Of a DNA stretch of 20,000 bases, positions 1 to 8,242 are shown one piece after another. Source of the stretch: Chiloscyllium plagiosum (lineage: Eukaryota); the NCBI RefSeq assembly GCF_004010195.1, contig NC_057719.1:2267576-2287575 (forward strand), read 5' to 3'. Under the pieces are notes generated by a model. The model was not told the origin of the DNA, made no database searches, and worked only from the letters and a program-made list of their open reading frames with translations. The position numbers and the translations under genes are program-made. Position 1 is the first letter of the stretch; every line of letters starts with the position of its first letter.

Positions 1-82
1 TGTGATGAAGGAGCAGCGCTCTGCAAGCTAGTGCTTCCAAATAAACCTGTCGGACTATAACCTGGTGTTGTATGATTTTTGA
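1..82 (+). mobile_element. 3' end of a Penelope-derived short repeat with a decayed hammerhead motif
   Basis: The sequence gTGATGA-A-GGAGC-agc-GCTCT-GcAA-GCTA-GTG is followed by cttccaaataaacctgtcggactataacctggtg, the terminus of an abundant shark repeat. It is truncated by the window edge. Confidence 0.6.
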
Positions 83-155
83 ATTTAATAATGACTAGTC
101 TTTAGCTGATTTTAATCACTGCGATGCTGACCTCCACGTGTTTTCTCCCCGACAG

Positions 156-404
156 GTATGGTGTGGTCAGAAATCTTGCTTGTTGTATGACAGAGCTGGC
201 CATGAGAACTTCATGTGCCCAGAGTCCCAGCAGTGCCAGGCCAGCCCACGGCTCAAGTGTTTCTCTCCTCCATGCACCGACTGGGGAGAGTGCAACGCCT
301 TAAACTCTCCTCCTGTTGACTCTAAATGCCACCCCAACACTGGCCAGCTGAACAACAACTGTGCAAAGATCACACTCATCTTTAATAAGGAGAAGATTCC
401 GAAG
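156..404 (+). CDS. jag2: Jagged-2 coding exon (end of vWC / cysteine-rich region; 4th-from-last exon)
   Basis: The acceptor is ttttctccccgacAG and the donor is AAG|gtaagg; 249 nt, phase 0-0. The peptide VWCGQKSCLL...PPCTDWGEC...LNNNCAKITLIFNKEKIPK resembles JAG2 VWCGWKPCLL...PPCEAWGEC...LDNNCARLTLHFNRDHVPQ. Confidence 0.95.
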
Positions 405-617
405 GTAAGGAAGGTTGTGCAGGTGCAAGGAATTCCCAGCTGAGCCATCGGTGCTGTTGAAAGCTGCTTCAGGACCTGTGTTCCCTCCTGCTGTGAGAGA
501 AATCCTCAGCGTTTACTATCCTGCTCTTGTGTGAAACAAGTGGGAAGTGCCCAATGCATTTGTTCTTGAACAGTCTAATGGAAACTGTTGGCACTCACCC
601 CAGGCCGAATGATTTTG

Positions 618-720
618 TGGCACAGTACTAGTGTCACTGCCTTTGGACTGGGATGCCCAGGTTTGAGTCCCCCCCCTGCTGCAGAGGTGTGCAGTAATGT
701 CCCTGTACATGTAGATTAGC
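618..720 (+). mobile_element. Degenerate tRNA-derived SINE head
   Basis: It has an A-box-like tggcacagta and a B-box-like ggtttgagtcc at tRNA-like spacing. Confidence 0.4.
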
Positions 721-734
721 AACATAGTATCATC

Positions 735-885
735 GGATCCCTACAGTGCGGAAAGATGCCATTCCACACCGACCCTCCGGCAAAATCCCACCCACACTCA
801 GCCCCCTCTGCCCTATCCCTGTAACCCTGCGTTAACCATGGCTAATCCACCTGAGCCTGCCCTTCCCTGGATACTTCAGACAATG
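735..885 (-). mobile_element. HE1-like SINE 3' fragment
   Basis: The reverse complement resembles the 3' half of the SINEs at 14273 and 15060 (ccctacagtg...ccacaccgaccctccg...ccatggctaatccacct). Confidence 0.65.
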
Positions 886-1004
886 TAGGTTCAATACAAA
901 AAACCTAACCAGAAAGCTGCCACTTTTCATATAACAGAATGAATCTAAGGTCGGATTGCCCTCTCTTCTCGTTCTGTTGCCCATACCCTGGCGATGGGAT
1001 ACAG

Positions 1005-1245
1005 AGGAATTTGAAAACATAAAAATCTGGAATTAAGAGCCTAATAAAGACGATGAATTGATTGTCTGGAAAACCCATCTGGTTCACTAATGTCCTTCAG
1101 GGAAGGAAATTGCCGTCCTTACCTGGTCTGGCCTCCAGACCCACAGCAATGTGGTTGACTCTTAACTGCCCTCTGGGTAATTAGAGATGGGTGATAAATG
1201 CTGCCCAGACAGAGCTGTCCATATCTTGTCAATGAATAAAGAAAA
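1005..1245 (+). mobile_element. Shark SINE (second family), 5'-truncated
   Basis: The core aaaacccatctggttcactaatgtccttcagggaaggaaa...cagcaatgtggttgactcttaactgccct recurs at 16410-16750 and inverted at 13950. It has an A-rich tail. Confidence 0.8.
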
Positions 1246-1635
1246 TGTTTTGCACAGGACTCTGAGTGCTAACCGGTTGACATTTTGTCTGTTTCTCTGT
1301 TCTAGCACAAAATGTCCCTTTGCCAACCCAATAAGTTTGGGAAATGCCTGAGCAATGAAATCACTGATGATAAGCCATCCCAGTATGAAACCTGGCTTAA
1401 TAGATCTGAAGGTTTTATTTATGTAGTTTGTTTGCGAAGGTAGTTAGTGACTGAACATTTTCAAATGAAGCTGTCAGTGTTTGGTAACAAAAAACACAAA
1501 TTTATTGCACAAAAGAAAACAAAACTGTTTACATATAAAACAGCTTAAAAAGAATCTGGACGCAGTGAGCAAGAAGAAAGATTTAGCCTTTTTCCCTGCA
1601 GTATCTTTTGCAGTTACTCAGTCCCAGTGCTGTAT

Positions 1636-2173
1636 GAGTCCTAGAGATATATGGCATGAAAAGAGATCCTTCAGTCCAACTCGTCTGTGCTGACCCAATA
1701 TCCTCAATTAATCTGGTCCCAGTTGCCAGCACTTGGCCTATACCCCTCTAAATCCTTCCTATTCATATTCCCATGCGGATGTCTTTTAAATATTGTAATT
1801 GTACCAGCCTCCACCACTTCCTTGGCAGCTCGTTCCATGCATACACCACCCTCTGTGTGAAAACGTTGCCCCTAAGGTCCATTTTAAATCTTTCCCCTCT
1901 CACCCTAAATCTGTGCCCTCTAGTTTCGCACTCTCCTACCCTGGGGAAGTGACCTTGGCTACTTACCTGATCTATGCCCCTCATATTTTGTAAACCTCTG
2001 TAAAGTCACCTCTCAGTCTCCAACACTCCAGAGAAAGCAGCCCCAGCCTATTCAACCTCTCCCTGTAGCTCAAACACTCTAATTCTGGCAACATTCTTGT
2101 GAATGTTTTTCTGAACCCTTTCAAGTTTCACAACATCTTTCCTATAGCAGGGAGACCAGAATTAAATGCAGTG
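1636..2173 (-). mobile_element. CR1 (HER1-like) LINE 3' fragment
   Basis: The minus-strand translation shows the CR1 ORF2 C-terminal signature (MRGIDQV...TRGHRFRVRGERFKMDLRGNVFTQRVVYAWNELP) plus 3'UTR. Confidence 0.9.
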
Positions 2174-2741
2174 ATCCTATGTTAACTCTTTTTAATTTGT
2201 AAGTAACTGGTACCTTTCCGTTCTGGTAACCAAGAGAGCTCTTTCTGGTTCTGGGGACTGGTTATTTATTGAACTTTGATGGCCAAGATTCCTTTTCAGC
2301 TCTTAAGGTTTGGAGATTTCTGCATTATTAACACACTACCCTTCTGCAAGAATGAAACCGTTCTTTCAAGCTAAATACAAACTGCGAGTTACCCTGATTT
2401 TTTTTCTCATGTTATAAAGTATTAGCATTGTAAACACTTCATTAACACATCCTGCCTGGCAATCAAGTCATATTCTTTCTTGGACAGTAAGTTGTATCTT
2501 TAGTTATCTGTTCCAGTTGACTTTCCGACTTTTTAAAGAAATACAATTACTTTTCGCAGAACTGTAACCATATATCTATTTCATTTCTGCTTTCCATTAT
2601 CATTTGGGATTTTGAAATTCATTGTAAATGTCTATCGCACTATCCAGTCTCATCCCCCTCAAACTTTCCTCCAATGCATCGTGGAGAAACACCAGGTTTG
2701 TGAGACATTAGAGCTCTGAATATTAACTGTCTTGCAGAAAA

Positions 2742-3014
2742 GGGGGTGGCATGGTGGCTCAGTGGTTAGCACTGCTGCCTCACAGCACCAGGGTCCCAGG
2801 TTCGATTCCAGCCTTGGGCATCTGTCTGTGTGGGTTTCCTCCAGGTGCTCCGGTTTCCTCCCACAATCCAAAAGATGTGCAGGTCAGGTGAATTGGCCAT
2901 GCTAAATTGTCCATAATGTCAGATGGAAATGGGTCTGAGTGGGTTACTCTTCGGAGGGTCAGTGTGGACTGGTTGGGCCGAAGAGCCTGTTTCCACACTG
3001 TAGGGAATCTAATC
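2742..3014 (+). mobile_element. HE1-like V-SINE with internal deletions
   Basis: It has A box TGGCTCAGTGG, B box GGTTCGATTCC, V-domain gtgggtttcctccaggtgctccggtttcctccca and tail ccacactgtagggaatctaatc. Confidence 0.9.
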
Positions 3015-3161
3015 ATGGATTTTCAGGAATTAGATGTGTAGGGTGTTTTTTTTTAATTGCTGGATGTGTTTGTGGATGAGTTGCAAGATTTATTCTGCAT
3101 GTGAGTCATCCACCACTTCACCTGGGTGACCCCCAAATTATCTTCTGTTTCCTGTCTCCAG

Positions 3162-3293
3162 GGCATCACTGTGGAATATATCTGCTCAGAACTGAGGTAT
3201 CTACCAGTTCTGCGGAGCCTTTCCAAGGAGCGGACTCTGTTTGTGTTGTGTGACCTCGCTAACAGCTCTGACAGTGCAGTGGAAGTGGCCATT
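3162..3293 (+). CDS. jag2: Jagged-2 coding exon (membrane-proximal extracellular region)
   Basis: The acceptor is tcttctgtttcctgtctccAG and the donor is ATT|gtaagt; 132 nt, phase 0-0. GITVEYICSELRYLPVLRSLSKERTLFVLCDLANSSDSAVEVAI resembles JAG2 [44 protein letters not shown]. Confidence 0.95.
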
Positions 3294-3304
3294 GTAAGTA
3301 AGTC

Positions 3305-4280
3305 CCTGGAAGGGGATGTCAATAGGTTACGTGAGTACTGGAATAAACTGGAACAGAAAGTGGGAAATGTGCGCTTGTCCATTTTGGGAGAAAGAATGGG
3401 AAAAAGAATGCTATTTAAATAGAGAAATATTGCAGAACTCAGTGTTATAGAGGGTTTCTGGGTTTCCAGGTACCGTGAATTATAAAGTTAATACTCTGAT
3501 ACAGCAAGTGGTTTGGAAAACAATAGTTGAAAGGGAGATGGAAGGCACAATGAGGGGCGTCTTACTGCAGCTGGATAGTGCAGTGGTCAGACAACGTCAG
3601 GAATACGACAAGAATCTCCTTATTTGAGAGAATATTATTGTGTTCAATACCAGTCAGAGAAAGATCACGTGACTTATTATTGGGATAAAGGCCTCTCTCA
3701 TGAGGATTGGAATTCTGGAGTTCAGAGTGATCTTACTGAAACATGCATGATCCTGAGGAGACTTGACAGACAATACACCAGGAGAATGTTTCCTCCTGTG
3801 GCTGAGACTAGAACCAGGAACGCAGTTTAAGAATGAAGTGGTCTCACTTTTAAAATGGGGATGAGGAGAATGGTTTTGTTTTAGAAGGAGAGCACAGCAG
3901 GTCAGGCAGCATCCGAGAAGCAGGAAAATTGACATTTCGGGCAAAAGCTTTTGCCCGAAACATCAGTTTGCCTGCTCCTTGGATGCTGCCTGACCTGCTG
4001 TGTTTTTCTAGCACCACTCTGATCTAAACTCTGGTTTCCAGCATCTACAGCCCTCACTTTTGCCTTGTTTTAGAGGGACACTGGTCTGGAATTCTCTCAC
4101 TCAGAAAACAGCAAAGGCTGAGTCACTATTTATTTGAGGCTGAGTTGGATTGTTTTGGTAGACAAGAGTATGAGGTTCAGACAGGAAACTGGAGCTGAGA
4201 TCATAAGCAGAATTCTGTTAAACATTGGGGCAGGCCCAAAGGGCTGAATGGCCTACTCTAACTCTGAAGTCTAGCGTTCT
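3305..4280 (+). mobile_element. Old degenerate CR1 LINE 3' portion, interrupted at 3886-4064
   Basis: Remnant peptides (LEGDVNRLREYW; SDLTETCMILRRLDR...RMFPPVAETRTR) are present, along with the CR1 3'UTR motif gggctgaatggcctactct. Confidence 0.75.
3886..4064. mobile_element. Fold-back (palindromic) Penelope-derived insertion with a 10-bp target-site duplication
   Basis: TTGTTTTAGA occurs at 3876-3885 and 4065-4074. A palindrome spans 3891-4004, centred at 3947/3948. The right arm is homologous to 5639-5755. Confidence 0.85.
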
Positions 4281-4332
4281 TGTTTGTTTGATGACTGATC
4301 AGTCCATTCTCCATCTGCAAACTTTCTGCGAA

Positions 4333-4805
4333 TGATGGGTCAGAAGAGATTTACCAAGTTGTTGCTGGCAAAGGAAGGTTTGAGCTGTAAAGGGATGCTG
4401 GATAGGCTGGGAATGTTTTCCCTGGAGTGGAGGAGACTGAGAGGTGACCTTATAGACATTTATAAAATCATGAGGGGCATGGATAGTGGAAATGGCAGGT
4501 GTCATCTTTTTGTTATGGCGGGGATTTTTAAGATTAGGGGACATATTTTTAAGGTAAGAAGGGAAAGATTTTAAAAAGACATCGGGGCAACTTTCCTTTT
4601 TACACAGAGTGGTTTGTGTGTGGAATGAAGTTCCAGAGGAGGTGGTGGATGTGGATACAATTACAACATTTAAAATACACTTGGATAAGTTCATGAATGG
4701 GAAAGGTCTGGAGGGATATGGGCCGAGCGCAGGCAGGTGGGACTAGTTTAGTTTGAGATAGTTTTGGGCATGGCCTAGTCTGCGTTCGTGCTGTATGGCT
4801 CGATA
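4333..4805 (+). mobile_element. CR1 (HER1-like) LINE 3' fragment
   Basis: QKRFTKLL...LDRLGMFSLEWRRLRGDLIDIYKIMRGMD is the typical CR1 ORF2 C-terminus. The 3'UTR follows. Confidence 0.9.
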
Positions 4806-4880
4806 ATGAGTTTTCACGTCTTCGTTGTGCTTCTTTCCCCTGCTCTCCCCCTGCCACCCCCCGCCCCAACCACATCTCAG

Positions 4881-5037
4881 TCATTTACCCAACACGGTGA
4901 GGACCGGGATGGGATCCTGATCCGGGAGGCAGTCACAAAAATTGTCGACAATGTGACCAAGCGACAGAACAGCACGATGATGCTCGCAGTCATCGAGGTG
5001 AAAGTAGAGACGGCTTATGTTCCTCATTCCCAGCCAG
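4881..5037 (+). CDS. jag2: Jagged-2 penultimate coding exon (juxtamembrane)
   Basis: A C-rich tract and ctcAG form the acceptor, and the donor is CAG|gtaat; 157 nt, phase 0-1. SFTQHGEDRDGILIREAVTKIVDNVTKRQNSTMMLAVIEVKVET matches JAG2 ...TQRGNSSLLLAVTEVKVET. Confidence 0.94.
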
Positions 5038-5180
5038 GTAATACCAACTATTCCCTTCTCAAAATAACAACAAACGCTTCCTGCAGCTGCAGTATATCGC
5101 TTTTATTCCTTTATTGCTGTGACCCGGCCTCCTGTTTGTCATCCTCCGTGGCTGTATGGTATTTAACTGAAGACTCCTCT

Positions 5181-5756
5181 ACATTGGGGAACGTTTCAGA
5201 GAACACCTCTGGGACACCCGGACCAACCAACCCAACCGCCCCGTGGCTGAACACTTTGGCTACCCCTCCCACTCCACCAAGGACATGCAGGTCCTTGGAC
5301 TCCTCCATCACCAGACCATGGCAACACGACGGCTGAAGGAAGAGCGCCTCATCTTCCGCCTAGGAACCCTCCAACCACACGGGATGAATGCAGATTTCTC
5401 CAGCTTCTTCATTTCCCCTCCCCCCATCTTTTCTCAGTCCCAACCCTCGGACTCAGTACCGCCTCCTTGATCTGCAATCTTCTTCCCGACCTCCCCACCC
5501 CCCACCCCCTCTCCGGCCTATTACCCTCACCTTAACCTCCTTCCACCTATCACATTCCCAACGCCCCTCCCCCAAGTCCCTCCTCCCTACCTTTTATCTT
5601 AGCCTGCTTGGCACACCCTCCTCATTCCTGAAGAAGGGCTTATGCCCGAAACATCGATTCTCCTGCTCCTTTGATGCTGCCTGACCTGCTGCGCTTTTCC
5701 AGCAACACATTTTTCAGCTCTGATCTTCAGCATCTGCAGACCTCACTTTCTCCTAG
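5181..5756 (+). mobile_element. Penelope-like element 3' fragment: C-terminal GIY-YIG endonuclease part plus pseudo-LTR
   Basis: The frame reads RFREHLWDTRTNQPNRPVAEHF...KEERLIFRLGTLQPHGMN, matching the RxxEH helix and LxTLxPxGxN terminus of PLE GIY-YIG domains. A pyrimidine-rich spacer and a hammerhead-bearing terminus follow. Confidence 0.85.
5621..5662 (+). ncRNA. Minimal type I hammerhead ribozyme motif (probably decayed)
   Basis: The core elements are CTGAAGA (5628-5634), stem II GGGC-TTAT-GCCC (5636-5647), GAAA (5648-5651) and C-ATC. Stems I and III are very short. Confidence 0.6.
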
Positions 5757-5789
5757 TTGATTTTACCTGAAGTCTGTGTTGTATCTGTA

Positions 5790-5966
5790 ACTCAGGCTCT
5801 GAAGCTGTACGGAGCTGGGTTCATCTCGAGGTGATGCTGCCTGCGTGGTACTGAGCAAATGCAGCACAACTTTTAACAGAGCCATTACCTTGAAGCCTTG
5901 TCTATCCTCCCTGCCCGAAGGAATGGTTGGTGTCCTGTTCAATATTTATCCCTCAGTTCACATCAG
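5790..5966 (+). mobile_element. Highly decayed DeuSINE (SacSINE1-like) relic
   Basis: ggtgtcctgttcaatatttatccctcagttcacatca and gtactgagcaaatgcagcac resemble the Deu-domain consensus as I recall it. Confidence 0.5.
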
Positions 5967-6344
5967 CTTTTAAAATAAAAGTTGGCAGACGTAATTAAGG
6001 GGCAGGCACAGCACAGAAATAAATGAAGGCACTACTGCAACGTAGAGACCAATCAAACAAGTGAGATTTTGATTTTGGGATGTTTTGGTGTTTGTTGATG
6101 GAGGAATGTTGACCGAAATCCTGAGAAGAATTCTGGAATAGAGTCAGGATGTGCTGATTGTACTTCACAGAGAAAGCAGTATTTGTGCAGAGAAACCTTG
6201 AACTTTTCAGGTCCACGATCTTTAATCAAAACTCAAAGGTCCTCCACCTCCTCTCCATCTTCATCTTCTCCTCCGGATTGTTCTGTAGTGATGTTGGCAT
6301 GCAGCAGAATTGACAGATAAATTTGGTTAGCCCCCTACCCTCCA

Positions 6345-6985
6345 ACAGAACATAGAACAGGCTGGCACATGAACAGTCCCTTCAGCCCACAATGTTGTGC
6401 TGAACATGATGCCAAGTTAAACTGATCCCTTCTGCCTGCCCTTGGTCCCAATCCCTCCATTCCTTGCTTATTCCTGAGCTTTTCTAGAGGTCTCTTAAAT
6501 GCCCCTATTGTATCTGCCTGCACCACACGCCTGACAGTGCGTTCCAGACTCCTGCCACTCGATGTAAAATAAACATGCCCCTCACGTCTCCTTTGAACTT
6601 TTCCCATTCCCTTAAATGCATGCCCTGTGGAATTAGACATTTCAGCTCTGGGGATAAACATTCTGACTGTCAACCCTCACTCCGACAGCAACATGGAGTC
6701 CTGTCTCTTGTACTCCATTCCCCACCCAATAAAGGCAAGTATGCCATACACCTTCTTTACCACCCTAACTACTTGTGTGGTCACTTTCAGGGAGCTATGG
6801 ACTAAGATCCCTCTGTACATCAATGTTGGTCAGAGTCCTGCCAATAACTGGAGACCTTTCTTTAACATTTGATCTCCCAAAGTGCAGCACCTTACACTTG
6901 CCTGGATTAAACTCCATCTGCCATTTCTCCGCCCATATCAGTAACTGATCTGCATCCCTTGGCAACTTTCAACACTATCCACAAC
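6345..6985 (-). mobile_element. CR1 LINE 3' fragment with an internal deletion
   Basis: It begins with the inverted tail agaacatagaac, followed by inverted CR1 3'UTR and ORF2 remnants (VVQADTIGAFKRPLEK). Confidence 0.85.
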
Positions 6986-7131
6986 TCCACCGACCTTTGA
7001 GTGGGAGGGGAGGGTTTAGCCTTGACCCTAGGCTGTGTTTAATCTTTAGATAAATGCTGTTACAATTACTCACTGCTGAAGTCCGGATCCAGGCTCCAGG
7101 CTTCCCCTCCCCCACTGCCATTGTTGCCACC

Positions 7132-7445
7132 ACATGGAACATAGAACAATACAGCACAGAACAGGCCCTTCGGCCCTCCATGTTGCGCCGACCTGTGAAC
7201 TATTCTCAGCTCGTCCTCCTACACTATCCCATCATCATCCATGTGCTTATCTAAGGATTGTTTAAATCTCCCTAATGTGGCTGAGTTGACTACATTAGCA
7301 GGTAGGGCATTCCACACCCTTACCACTCTCTGAGTAAAGAACCTGCCTCTGACATCTGTCTTAAATCTATCACCCCTCGATTTGTACTTATGCCCCATCG
7401 TACACGCTGATGTCATCATCCTAGGAAAAAATGTTCACTGTCTAC
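7132..7445 (-). mobile_element. CR1 LINE 3' end (relatively young)
   Basis: The minus-strand peptide is TMGHKYKSRGDRFKTDVRGRFFTQRVVRVWNALP, and the inverted tail is gaacatagaaca. Confidence 0.9.
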
Positions 7446-7455
7446 ATGATGTGTA

Positions 7456-7556
7456 GACAGAAACTGCCTGACCTGCTGAGTTTCTCCAGCACTTTGTGTT
7501 TTCTCTCTGCATAACCTCGTGATTTCAGGTTTCAGCATACACAGTAGTTTGTTCTT
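7456..7556 (+). mobile_element. Old Penelope-derived terminal fragment
   Basis: ctgcctgacctgctgagtttctccagca matches 5677-5705 and 3986-4014. Confidence 0.6.
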
Positions 7557-7787
7557 CATTTTCCTGTCAGTCTTCCTCCTTCAGCTTGTGTGACTTTTTT
7601 TTGAATAAAGGGACGATCTAGTCGCTTTTGCTGTGCGGTAGTTGGCTGCTGACCGTACCTGGGATTGTGAAGGGCGCCGTAAAAATGCGAGCGGTTTGTT
7701 TGTTTGCAAGCAAAATGCAATTCTTCTGATGTTATTGTTCCACATTCTCCCCTGTTCCTGTTTTGTTGTGAATCGTGGATGGTGCAG

Positions 7788-8242
7788 CGTATCTGATTCC
7801 AGTGCTCAGCGTGGCATTCGGAATGGTGTGGCTGATCTGTATCATCATCTGCATCTGGTGGACCCGCAAACGGAGAAAAGAGCGAGAGAGAAGCCGGCCG
7901 TCCATGGATGACATGGTGAACAATCAGTGGGAGCCCCTGAACCCCATCAGGAACCCCATCGATAAACCCTGCAGCAACAAAGACCTTCAGTGTGAATGCA
8001 AAAACTTAATGGCTCCTTGCAGCCGGACCCTAATGGCAAGAGAGGAGGTGGAGGAGGAGTTGGGGGTGGACAAATGCGCCTCCCAAAGGTGTACAATTAC
8101 ATTCTTGCCAGCAAAAGGCGATGTTAAATCTTCACCGTTGACTCCAGTCAAACAGGTGCATCGAATGGGCAACAGGGAGAAACACTGCCTAAAAAATGTG
8201 AACTCTTCAAATTGTGAAGGAGGTAAGGATCTTTCTGTATGA
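7788..8242 (+). CDS. jag2: Jagged-2 terminal coding exon: transmembrane helix and intracellular domain
   Basis: The acceptor tgcAG at 7786-7787 is phase 1 and joins G+CG = Ala. The TM segment is YLIPVLSVAFGMVWLICIIICIWW, followed by the JAG2-diagnostic WWTRKRRKERERSR and NNQWEPLNPIRNPIDK. The stop is TGA at 8240-8242. Confidence 0.95.

Noticed and set aside
156..8242. Assignment to jag1 instead of jag2
   Set aside because: WWTRKRRKERERSR, NNQWxPLNPIRNPI and AVEVA/EVKVET are JAG2-type, and the JAG1 tail RMEYIV is absent.
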